A DNA stretch of 64,000 nt, taken from Hormiphora californensis (taxonomy: Eukaryota > Animalia > Ctenophora). Position 1 is the first letter of the stretch. Each line of letters begins with the position of its first letter. The stretch lies in NCBI GenBank assembly GCA_020137815.1, contig CM035358.1, positions 496,001-560,000 on the forward strand, in the 5' to 3' direction. Shown here piece by piece: positions 47,292-58,805 of this stretch. Both the position numbers and the translations under genes were made by a program. The notes under the pieces were generated by a model. The model saw only the letters and a program-made list of their open reading frames with translations, made no database searches and was not told where the DNA came from.

Positions 47292-50200
47292 ATGTATTGT
47301 GCGGAATCTTCAGAATCGGATCCAAGGTTAGTTTCAAGTTCAAGGCCTCAGGCGGCTTGTCGGGCCAAACACTGGTGTGTCCATGTCCCCAACAACTGAG
47401 CACTTCTGCATAAGTAGAAGTTATTTCTCTAATTCCCGGTTAATTAAAACTCGATCCAAATAATAAATATGAACCACGTGAGTTCACCACAGAGATCACC
47501 CTCTCCACATCTAATTCCCGGTTCCCCAATATAAATACCAAACACTTCTTTCGTATGTCTATTCTATTAAATTGCGGCTGCTTCTCAACTTTATTTTGTA
47601 TGACCACCATTTCCCCAATTTCAGTCTAACGACGGTACAAGTTGGAGACTTCCAATTTACAGAAGAGAGAATAGTTGAAATGGACAAACAACAATTCAAC
47701 GACATTTTGCAGGTGGCTTTCAGATTTTATTAGAACATTCCGATTTCATTATATTAGATTTAGTTTAGGACAATAATGGGCAATGGACAGTCAGTCATTC
47801 AGATTTAGTTGGCAAGTTTGTTCATTCGATATACTCGATATAGATATGAGCACTCGTATCGTTGATTTCTTTGTGCATTTTCATATCGATTTATAGAAGT
47901 TGGTTATAACAATATAACAACAACATTGTGGATAACTTAGGATTGGTTCGGTTTGTAACCTTAGGGCTTAGGGATCCGTTGCTTACCTTGGGCCTATTAG
48001 AATACTAATGGGAAGTGCAGGGTCTGAAGAGAGCTAGGTAGAAAATAGGGAGAGATAGATATCAAATTGGAGTCTGTAGGGGAATTGAAAGAAATGAGGG
48101 ATGGACTGAGCGACCACACTCTCTTCGCTCCATTCTCTAGCTGAGACGTGACTGTATCCCTCAAAGTCACTTTTCATTCTTTGCCGATGCACTACACATC
48201 ACCAAAATTGAACCCCGGAGTAACAGAGAATAAAAAAAAGGGGAAAAAAAAAAAAAAGGGGAAAAGGGCCCCCAAAAAGGAAGCAAAAAGAAAGAGGAAA
48301 GGGAGGAAACCCCGAAAGAAAATAAAAGGCCCCCTTTTTAAAACGGGGGGAAAAAGCCCCAAAAAAAAGGGGGGGGACGGGGCCCCCCAAAACGCGGGGG
48401 CCCCCCCCGGGGGAAAACAAAGGGGAAAAACCCCCCCCCCCCCCCAAAAAAAAAAAAAAAAGGGGGGGGGGGGCCCAAAAATTTTTTAAAAAAAAAGGGG
48501 GGAAAAAAAAAAAATGAATTTGGGGGCCAAGGGGGAAAAAAAAAAGGGGGGGAAGGGAAGAAGGAAGGACAAAAAACCCGGGACCACAAAAAAGAAACAT
48601 AAGAGAAGGGGGGGGATAGAAGGGAAACCGGGGAAAAAATTTTAAAAGGGAGGAAGAAGAAGCAGGGGAAGAAAAAAAGGAGGAGAAGGGGAAGCCCCGA
48701 AGGAGGAAAAGAAAAAGGGGAAGAGAAAGAGAGAAAAAGGAAAGGAGAAAGAGGGGGGGGGCCCGGGGGAGGGAGGGAAAGAAGGGGGAAGGAAGAAAAG
48801 AGAAAGGAGGGGAAGCGAGAGGAGAGAGGAGGAGAAAGGGGAAAAGGGAAGGAGGGAAGGAGAAAGGGAGGGGGAGGAGAAGGGAGGGAAGGAAAGGGAG
48901 GAGGGGAAGGAGGGAAGAGGGAGGGAGAGAGAGGAGAGGGGGGAGGGGGTAAGGAAGGAAGGGGAGGAAAAGAGAGAGAAAAGGGAGGGGAGAAAGAAGG
49001 AGGGGGAGGAAGGAAAGAAAGGGAGGGGGCAAAAGGGAAAGGGGAAAGAGTAAGAGAAAGGGGGGATGAAGGAAAAGGGAAAGAAAAGGAAAGGGGTTTA
49101 TCGGGTTTCTCTAAAGATTGGTTTTTAAAGGTGGAACCCAATCCCCGGCCGACGGGAAAACATTTCAAAGAATGGCCCAGTGAATTGTAAATTTGATCAA
49201 TGGGAAAGAATATTAACTATGGACCTTTTATCACGTCAAAAAGGGGAATTAATTTTTGATTTTTGGGTGGGTTTAAAATCTGGTGGCAGGCATTGGGGTT
49301 GTGTAGCCCCCATATTGGGTTGTAAGAGCAATTGATTAAATCTCCCTCCCCCATTTAGTGGAGAGAAATAATTAGTTGCCCTCCAAGGAGGATATTTGAT
49401 TAGTTTTAGAAGAAATTTCCGGGAGAGAGGGAGAGAGGGAGAGAGGGGAAAAGGGTGTTAATTGATTAAGAGAGTGAAGACTAAAAACTACGCAACTAAA
49501 AGATGTGTAGCTGGGCGTGAAAGGGGTGTGTAACTAGTGGCAACTGGAGGTATGACGTGCTTCCTGTTGTTGTATATCCAGAGGGTGTGTGTGTGTGTCG
49601 TGTACCTCCCGTACTTCCACCCACTTGCTGTCGTTGGGGAGCAGCGATCCCTAGATTTCACAGTTCTCTCCTCAGGTCACCAACACACATGGCTGCCCAG
49701 AGCGCCGTGCTCGATCTCCCGGTCAGGTCCCACCAAGGTAGCGCCGGGTTTCCCCGGTACCCCCTAGTGGTACCCTTCCATTGGAAGACACGAGTCGACA
49801 GACGAGAACTGTTTCGATAAAGAGCATGAAGGTCACCACCAACAGCAGGCGCACTAGTACTACTGTACCAGTCTTACGGTACTGGGTTTCCCCAGAATAG
49901 GTTAAATCGCCGAACGATAGTGCGCGTTCATCTTCACCATGATGAGGCACCATTTGTGCACTACCACCTGCCTGTTTCCAGGCGTGTACCTCTGATCGGG
50001 GTACAGTGGTAGGGTTCGGTCCATCGAGTCGTCATAGCAGCTATGATCGAGTCGACCCAGGTGGCGCTGTTCTTTTTGTTTTGCCGATCTAGTTGTGGGG
50101 GGCCAGTCCAAAGACTAGTGACTTGGTTTGTATTGCGCTTTTGCTAGTTGCGGATTGCTTCTGCCGTGATGGTTTCAACAGACTCTACCTGATGAGATCA

Positions 50201-53200
50201 GGACTTTGCCAGTGTGCACTTTTAAACTACCGTTGGTATAGAATCATTTTGGTGGTAGCGTTATGTTTTATTTGAATAGACCGGATTTGGTGACTACGTT
50301 GGTGAGTTTCCTTAGTTCCAGTGGCTCGTCTTCATTGTAAATGTTTTCTTTGATGTTTTGATACTCTTGAGTGAATCTGAGGTGGTCAAGGTCAGGACAG
50401 TTTAGTAGTTTGTGTTTGGAGTTTTCTCTTTCCCCACATAACTCACAGTTGGGATTTATGGAAGGGTCTCTGTGGGAGAGGGCGCTTCCTAGGTTGTTCT
50501 GGCCCGATATGGCCAGTGTCGGACTTCTCATTGTCTCCTTGTTTTTGATTGTTAGTTTAGTGTTTTCTCTAATAATCTTTCCGATAATCGTTGTGGTAAA
50601 TTCAGAGTAATTTTTCGTCTTTAGTTCGGCGATTGTCCCTGTCTTGTGTTGTTGTTTCAGCTTTGTCGTTATTTGACTCTTTGTTTGTCCTAGTGCATTC
50701 TGGGTGTTTTGCTGTTTGCAGTCGCTTGTTTTGTTATTTGGTCTGCCCTCTCATTGCCTTCTATGTTTGCGTGGGCCTTCACCTTTACTATTTCTACGCC
50801 ATTATCTCTTTGCAGTTCGTGTATACTTCGTAGAGTTTCGGTTAGTTGTTTAGAGTTTGAGAAGTTTCTTGTTAGTCTTCTCAGTGTAGTGCTAGAGTCG
50901 GTGTGGATCACTAGGTGTGACTCCTTTGTTTCCAGTTCTAGTAGTTTCTTTATTACCATATGTATTGCCAGTAGCTCTGCTTGGTTTATGGTGTTTTCGG
51001 GTGCAAGGGGCTCTTGAAGGATGATTTCCTGGTTATCCATGTAGATTATGGCTCCTGCCCCTGTCACGTGTGTTGAGTCTATCTTAATTCTTGACCCATC
51101 TGTGTACGCGTTTATTACTTTGTTCTTGCTCAGTTGGGAGTTTTGTTCAAAGGTTATATCGGTGTATTTTGTCTGGTCGATGGCATTAGGAGTTTTTAGG
51201 CTTGTTAAGAGTAATTTCATCGCCTTCGAGTGCGTTAGATGCGCTCTTTTTTCGTGGAAGGGGTCTGTCCACCAGTTTCCCTCAGCCTTCAGGTGTATGT
51301 AGTTGTTGATACTTTCTTTGTTGATATGGTAGGTGACATCGTCCACTCCTGCCATTGTGGTTAGCACTATGTGCTGAGTGTGTTCGTGTCCTCCGGTGAT
51401 CCTTCTAGTGATAGAGTTCTGTGCTGCTTCCAGCTTCATCTTGAGTGTTTGGTTTTTCAGTACTTTCTGTCCCCATATGCCTGCCCCGTACGTCAGGGTC
51501 TTCATAAGTATATTGTCGTGAACGTATCTGCCTTGGGCTGTGCTTATTCCCCATTTTGTTGTCATGAGGTGTCTCAGTGGTCTCGCAAATCGTTTGATTG
51601 TTTCTGTTTTATTTTGGACGTGGGCTTTGTAGTTTAAGTTTTTGTCCAGGGTTACTCCTAGATACATCGCCTGGTTTGTGACTGGGATAGTTTCTCCTTC
51701 CACTATTATCTCTTTCAGATTTGGCTTTTTCGCGGGGTTGTGGAAGGCCACCACTTTTGTTTTTGGTGTGCTAAGTTTCAATCCTTGTTTATTTGCCCAT
51801 TTTGTAATCATCGAGATGTGTTTTTCAATTTTTTCTTTCATTGTTAGGTTAAGGTCTATTCCTGTTACTATCAGTACCAGGTCATCTGCGTAGAGCACTA
51901 TTATTTCCAGATCGCATTCTGTTGTTTGTATCGTGTTCATACACATGTTCCATAGGAGAGGTGATAGTATTCCTCCCTGTGGGGTTCCTCTTTCTATTTT
52001 GGTTTCTGTGGTCTCTCCGTTCATTTCCAATATTATTGTTCTGTTTCTTAGGATTATGCTTATCCAGTTGTAGATCTCTTTCGTCACACCGCAGTTGTCC
52101 ATTCCTCTTTCGAGAGCTTGGAAGCTGACTTTGTCAAATGCTCCCTCAATGTCGAGGAAAGCTGCTAGCCCGAATTGGTTGTCCGCTAGTGAGTTTTCTA
52201 TTCTTGCAGTTACACTATGTAGCGCTGAGATTGTCGATTTTCCTTTTCTGAAGCCGTGTTGTATATCTAGTAGCTTGCAGTCAATTTTCATATCATCTTT
52301 CATGAAGTTTTGTATTCCCCCTTCCATTACTTTTAGCAGGTTAGATGTCAGACTTATTATCCTGTAACTTTTGGGGTTGGTGTAGTCGGTTTTTCCTTCT
52401 TTCGGGATAATTATTCCTTTGCTTTTTAACCAGATTTTTGGTATTAATCCATGTGTGCATGTGACTCCTTTATTCCCATTTCTAGCAGTTTCTTTATTAC
52501 CGATTGTATTGCCAGTAGCTCTGCTTGATTTATGGTGTTTTCGGGTGCTGTTACTTTGCCAGAATCCAGTTTCTGGTCTTTGTCATATTTGTTTTGTTGT
52601 ATCGTGTATCGCCGATACTATCGGAAATTTAAATGTTTCAATATCAAGCAAAAGTGAAAAAAGATATCTATAAAGTCGCCTGACCGGGATTTGAACCTGG
52701 CATCTTATGCTTCTTAGCCCAGATTGTGGCCATTAGACCACGGAGCTGTTAGGTACAGTGCAATTCAGATATACTTATCCTGTGCCGAGATTAGAAATTT
52801 TGGCAGAGGTTCCCCAGGGGCTCCTGGCCCCTACTCGGTTTTTCAAGAAAGATCACCCGGCCAGATTCTGGCCCGCCGGTGCCTGTTATTGGAGCAACAG
52901 GAGCCCTTGCACAAAAGCTTTATTGGCACTTGAGTAATGTTGGTATATATTTACTAAGTGTTATCGTGTTGGTCGTAGGGCAGGATTCCCTCAATTTGTG
53001 TTAATACCATTTGTTACAGTTGACCGCACTTTATTGATCCATCAGGCCCCAGGATCGCGGCTACGGGACCTATCCCTGGCCTTTCCCCAGAGAGACCTCC
53101 CTCCCCGGGTCCTTCCTGCGAAGGACCCGCAGCACCCACCCCCCATGAGATTAGGCCCTAGGCTGCCACAGGGAGTCAGAAAATCCTGTCACCTGACTCC

Positions 53201-54037
53201 CCCCGCAGCTATATCCAGAGGGTGCAGCTAAAACTTGTATAGATTTTTTAGTTCCTCCTGAGTGCAGAGTGGATACTGGCTAGGAAAATTCTAATAAAAA
53301 CCACCATAATTTGTATATATTTGGGGGTCATTAGATTGTGTATTACAACTGTAACGAATGACTCATTGATTCAGGGAATACCAGAGATCCAGAGTATCCT
53401 ACTTCGTGATATGAGGAGGAGGGGTTTAACAAGGAAGGCTGTTCAGAAGTGTAGACAGAGACAGAATATCAGAATGCATGAACTGGATCAGAGGAAACGA
53501 TATCTGCAGAACCAACTAACTGAGGCAATTAGGGTATGTTATCATTTGTTATTTTGTCGCCATGTCACCATCAATTAGGGTAGGTTATCTGTTATCATTT
53601 GTTATCTTGTCGCCATGTCACCACTATCAATTAGGGTAGGTTACCATTTGTTATCATTTGTTATTTTGTCGCCATGTCACCATCAATCTGTCAGCGCGCA
53701 AGAACTGTGGTCAGAGCATTGGTAGGTTATTATTTTCTCGCCATACTATCATTTATCACCATTAATTGAATGTTAACCACAAGGATCCCCCTCTTCACTG
53801 TTAATTGCAAATGTTAACCACAAGGATCCCCCTCTAATAGACTCCCTCTCTTCACAGATTCAGGAACGGAAGGCAAACGAGTACGAGTTAGTTAGGGCAC
53901 GATATGAGCACGTCCAGAGGCTAGTTGTGGAGTATCTCCAGGAGAACCCTCTAGCAACAACCCAGGGATCTCCCAGTAGCTCTATCATTCCGACCACTAC
54001 CTCAGCTTCAATACCTGTTACTACAGCTACCCGCTAA
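47292..54037 (+). CDS. Small CNC/Maf-like bZIP transcription factor, exons 47292-47326, 47625-47712, 53375-53533, 53858-54037
   Basis: Phase-compatible join gives FQFTEERIVEMDKQQFNDILQ|GIPEIQSILLRDMRRRGLTRKAVQKCRQRQNIRMHELDQRKRYLQNQL, resembling the CNC extended basic region (RDIRRRG) plus zipper; start codon choice uncertain. Confidence 0.7.
49565..52458 (-). mobile_element. 5'-truncated non-LTR retrotransposon (I group, R1/LOA-like): RT + RNase H + CCHC knuckle, frameshifted near 50690, (ACA)n tail
   Basis: IPKEGKTDYTNPKSYRIISL, QHGFRKGKST, FLDIEGAFD, GTPQGGILSPLLW, YADD, YLGVTLD, YTDGS...QAEL...HTDS...KVKAH..IEGNERAD, CELCGERENSKHKLLNC. Confidence 0.9.
52459..52746 (-). mobile_element. 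tRNA-derived SINE-like head and body fused to the 5' end of the LINE
   Basis: A box TGGTCTAATGG and B box GGTTCAAATCC at 52746-52675 without an intact acceptor stem; 52461-52548 matches LINE RNase H segment 50917-51004 (80/88 by my count). Confidence 0.65.
53527..53686 (+). repeat. Triplication of the bZIP exon 3 donor region (CAATTAGG|GTAKGTTA...GTCGCCATGTCACC)
   Basis: Three imperfect ~45-58-bp copies starting at the exon end. Confidence 0.8.
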
Positions 54038-55129
54038 CATAGTGTCTCTCGGAGCGGCCTATAGACTAGCAGAGAGTATGCGAAACTCAAGGCAGTAGTT
54101 TTTTGTCGAACTGTAGTGAGACGTGAGTTGCAGTGAGACGTGAGTTGTTTTTTTTTCTTTAATTTTTATGGACTTTTAAATTCATCTGATTCCATGGTGA
54201 ATTGACGAACTGTGATATACAGTTTGTACTTTGTATTATGACGATATTGAGCTCCGCCACATCATCACATTGTGTACTATTAGTACCATTACCCCTCATG
54301 TAACAGCTGTGTGCTTCCTTTTGGACGTGGGAATTATTGCTGGTTGTGATGTAATCTTTTCAAAAGTTTTCACTAAGTTTGAGTTTTGTCTTTTGCAGCG
54401 ACTACAGAATCACTCATGTCAAGAGCTGTTAGGGGGCCTATCAATATCTGCAGTTAACGACCAACAACAAGCAGTTGTCCCATCAAATGTTTAAACTCTC
54501 ACTTCAATGTAACGCGCAATGTTTCACTTGTAATGAGTTGATGTTGCCAGCATTTGCTATGTAACGCGCACTCTGTACACTAGCCTGCGCGAGGATGTCT
54601 GCAAGAGAGTAGTTTGGATTGGCGCGTTACATTCACACACAGCATCAGAGCGGGAATAACTTCTTTTAATTCTAAGGAGGCAATTGTCGAACGAAGCTGA
54701 AGTCATCTCTCTCACAGACACGTACAACAAGAGATATATAGAGAGGAGATGTGTGTGTGTGTGTGGGATTGTTAACAAAAGAATAACAACTGAATTTCAA
54801 GGAAACTAAACTCTGTTTTGTACACATTCACATTAACTGTCATAAAATAATGAAAAACATATGAATCTACAAACAAAGCCATCAGTTAGGAAGGAATTAA
54901 TCCAGCACACTCCCGCAGTTTGTTTTCACACAACTATCACCGTTTTTGCATGACAGCTCGCCAACCGACCCGGAGAATATATGGGACACCCTGTATAAAC
55001 ATGCATGATTAATAAAACTTTATCTTACACCTGACATACCACACTTTTTAAAAGCTATATTTTATAAGCTAAACACTTTCATCTTTGGTTAAAGTTCTCT
55101 CTCCGGTATTACACAGTCCACTTGGTATC

Positions 55130-57450
55130 TTACTCCTCTCTCTTTGTGAAGGTAACCCTGAAGTCAGGACCAGGGGTTGGAGTGAGATCGTTAAGATACC
55201 TCACCAGCTCCTTCCCCATTCTCTGAGAAGAGCTAAACTTGAAATTGTAGATCATGTACGCAAGTAGAATCCTCAACTCCATTTGTGCGAATCTCTGTCC
55301 AACACAATTCCTAGGTCCGGCTGAGAATGGGATATAAGAATACGGGTTCCTTGCCTTCATTTTCTCAGGTGTAAACCTGTACGGATCAAATTTCTCCACA
55401 TCTCCCTCCCAGTTCTCAGGATCTCTGTGTATATGATAGATACCAATATCAATATTGCTGCCCGCTGGAAGGGTATACCCGCCAGTAGTAAGAGGCTGAC
55501 TCAGTTTCCTACCGACTACAGATGCAGGGGGTTGGAGTCTCAGAGTTTCCTTGATCACCATGTTCATGAGGGGTAGGTTGCTGAAATCTAACTCGGAGAT
55601 ATCCCTCCCAGCTAACTGCTCCATTATCTCAGTGTGCAGCTTCTCCTGCCACTCATCATACTCACACAGGTACGCCAAACAGAATGAGATGGTGCCAGTG
55701 GTTGTTCCCTGTCCAGCTAACAAGATAGTGTTACACTCCCCAACCATTTGATCCTCAGTCAACTCTCCCTTCTCCTTTTGTTCTAACACCATCAGGTCCA
55801 GGAACCCTCTCTTTCCATTATGTAACTCAGTACGACCCTCATCCAATGCCTTCCTTCTCTCTGCCACCAGGCCCAAAACAAACTCTCTCAGTTTGGCCAT
55901 GCCTTCTTTGTATGCCTTCCCTTCAGCCGTCTTCTCCCAAATCCACCAGATCTGTCCACTGTAGGACAGACCCTTGTTCAACAGAGCCATATTAATCTGG
56001 TACATCGCACCAAAGAAGGGCTCGTACGCAGCACGGGACTCAAATGTTGTGTTAAATGATGTCTCACAGAGAGATAGGAATGTGATCTCCTGCATTGTAC
56101 CGCACACCAAATGATCAACGGGTTTCTCTTCAAGGTCTGATATGAGGAACTCAGCGTGCCGCCTGATCGTCTTTACAAAGTCGTCCAGAATGTTGAAATG
56201 GAAGGCTGGAGTCAACATCTTCCTTCGTGTATACCATTCAGTGCCGGGGAGGATTAGGACACTATCTTTCAGGAAACTGATAGGGAGAGGGGATGATTAG
56301 GACACTATCTTTCAGGAAACTGATAGGGAGATGGGATGATTAGGACACTATCTTACAGGAAACTGATAGGGAGAGGGGAGGATTAGGACACTATCTTACA
56401 GGAAACTGATAGGGAGAGGGGAGGATTAGGACACTATCTTTCAGGAAACTGATAGGGAGAGGGTAGGATTAGGATACTATCTTTCAGGAAACTGATAGGG
56501 AGAGGGGAGGATTAGGACACTATCTTACAGGAAACTGATAGGAAACTGATAGGGAGAGGGGAGGATTAGGACACTATCTTTCAGGAAACTGATAGGGAGA
56601 GGGGAGGATTAGGACACTATCTTTCAGGAAACTGATAGGGAGAGGGGAGGATTAGGACACTATCTTTCAGGAAACTGATAGGGAGAGGGGAGGATTAGGA
56701 CACTATCTTACAGGAAACTGATAGGGAGAGGGGAGGATTAGGACACTATCTTTCAGGAAACTGATAGGGAGAGGGGAGGATTAGGACACTATCTTTCAGG
56801 AAACTGATAGGGAGAGGAGAGGATTAGGACACTATCTTTCAGGAAACTGATAAGGAGAGGGGAGTGGTTAGTCGCATATCAAACGACGTGAAAGAAAGAG
56901 GGCGTCACTTTTGTAATAGACAGGACTTTGTTTATTTGCGTACTTGGGAAAAAAAGTTAAATTTATTTAATCTTAACACTTACTCGGTGAACTCATCATA
57001 TTGGAAACTCTTGTTGACATTAACATTGCACTTTAGGAGTGGTTCGGCGGTCTGGGCAGTATTCAGGGACATGTTACTAACATTAAAGAACTTCATATGC
57101 GTCACTGGACCGTGTTTAGCTGGGTCTGTGATATCGAAATATGTCTCCTCATATCTGAAAAAAGCATGAAAATGTTTTTATAGTCACGAAAACTAAGACA
57201 ACCAGAAAACAAACTACATAGATCTAATATTATTAATATGATTTCCTACACTCGAGAAGTACACTACAACTGGAAGTAAACCAACTCACTTGTGGAGGGT
57301 CTCCTTGGTAATGCCAAAGAAGTGGTGCATGTGCCCAGTTAGATACCTCCATCCCGGGGTAATGGGAACACCACTAGTGTTGCGGACAAAGTAGAACCAG
57401 AAGAGGAAGACCAGGGTGAGGATACTCACCAGGCCTAGAGAGAGCAACAT
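55130..57450 (-). CDS. Cytochrome P450, CYP4-clan-like, 3 coding exons (57450-57290, 57154-56984, 56276-55130; 492 aa)
   Basis: N-terminal anchor, WYTRRKMLTPAFHF, KETLR, IHRDP, FDPYRF, heme motif PFSAGPRNCVG. Confidence 0.92.
56246..56863 (-). repeat. 43-bp minisatellite x14 made of the P450 intron 2 acceptor plus the first 31 nt of exon 3
   Basis: Minus-strand unit TCTCCCTATCAG|TTTCCTGAAAGATAGTGTCCTAATCCTCCCC; one extra 11-nt duplication near 56541. Confidence 0.95.
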
Positions 57451-57988
57451 GGGGCGCTATAATAGAGGGGAGGGTTAGAGCAACATTGGGCGCTATAATA
57501 GAGGGGAGGGTTAGAGCAACATGGGGCGCTATAATAGAGGGGAGGGTTAGAGCAACATGGTTCTATAATAGAGGGGAGGGTTAGAGCAACATGGGGCGCT
57601 ATAAAGGGAGGGGAGGGTTAGAGCAACATGGGGCGCTATAAAGGGAGGGGAGGGTTAGAGCAACATGGGGCGCTATAATAGAGGGGAGGGTTAGAGTAAC
57701 ATGGGGCGCTATAATAGAGGGGAGGGTTAATAGGGCAACATGGGGCGCTATAAAGGGAGGGGAGGGTTAGAGCAACATGGTTCTATAATAGAGGGGAGGG
57801 TTAGAGCAACATGGGGCGCTGTAATAGAGGGGGGATAGAGCAACATGGGGCGCTATAATAGAGGGGAGGGTTAATAGAGCAACATGGGGCGCTATAATAG
57901 AGGGGAGGGTTAATAGAGCAACATGGGGCGCTATAATAGAGGGGAGGGTTAGAGCAACATGGTGCTATAAAGGGAGGGGAGGGTTAGA
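57441..57988 (-). repeat. ~36-bp minisatellite x~15 made of the P450 5' acceptor plus start codon
   Basis: Minus-strand unit AACCCTCCCCTCTATTATAG|CGCCCCATGTTGCTCT. Confidence 0.95.
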
Positions 57989-58805
57989 GAATCACGGTCA
58001 TAGGGGTAGAGGTTACAACTGGAATATGGTAAATAAGGTTTATAAATCTTGGATCAAATATTGAAGAAGAAATGAACAGTTTGAACCGAGTAACAAATAT
58101 TCAAAGCCTCGTAAGAGCAAATCAAGGGAGGGAAGGGATCGACAGTGGATGGAGAAGCAATTTAAGAAACATAGCTTGAGAAGTAGGAAGAACATCACTG
58201 AAGCCGACACGGCGAGAGAACTAAAGGCAGGATAGCATTTGATAGAAAAACAGCTCACTAGACAGGGGAGTAAGCTAAAGAATGGGGAGAGTGGCATACA
58301 AAACAAACATGCTGTATGTGATGGGCGAATGTTAGATCATCAACAAACAGAGAGAGTCGACACACATAGAGAGAAAGCTCTGTATTAAACTCCCTCTCAC
58401 CCCCATCCACGCACCTGTATGTGTCCCAGTTAACACACGTGTGAGCTAAGCAATTTAAATCCTGAGGAGCATAATCAGATAGAGCTTCTTATATGTCCAG
58501 CTCATAAGTCATATTCACCCCATATATGGGCATACGATTGAAAAAGGCTCACTCATGAGATTTGCAATATAACCATGAGATCATAAAAAGGGAAGTATTA
58601 AATAATTTACTAGCTCGAATTCTAACTGTGATTTCACGTCGATAGGAAGAGCGAGAAGGCACTTCAAAGGAAAACTCCGCAGAACAACTTGAAATTACCA
58701 CTCAAACATTCCCTGATCATTGTTGGGAACCTTCCAAAAGTGCATTTCCGTCTCATTTCACTGCGTCAATGTCTCTGACAGTAAATAAAAAGCACACACA
58801 ACGTC

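Noticed and set aside
48228-49480. Long ORFs (113-277 aa) in a purine-rich, homopolymer-laden stretch
   Set aside because: Low-complexity K/G/P/F translations with no periodicity; looks like poor-quality base calls, not a gene
50181-50246. CTGATGA...AAAC...GTA hammerhead-like string in the LINE 3' UTR (plus strand)
   Set aside because: GAAA core is broken (TAAAC), no proper stem II, and it is antisense to the element
52675-52746. Possible second tRNA gene
   Set aside because: A and B boxes are present but acceptor and anticodon stems do not pair; treated as a SINE head
52998-53231. 77-aa ORF as an extra bZIP exon
   Set aside because: No domain similarity and not needed: exons 47625-47712 and 53375-53533 join in phase with correct domain spacing
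53358-53366. ATGACTCAT AP-1-type site just upstream of the bZIP basic-region exon
   Set aside because: A single short motif overlapping the likely branch point; expected by chance
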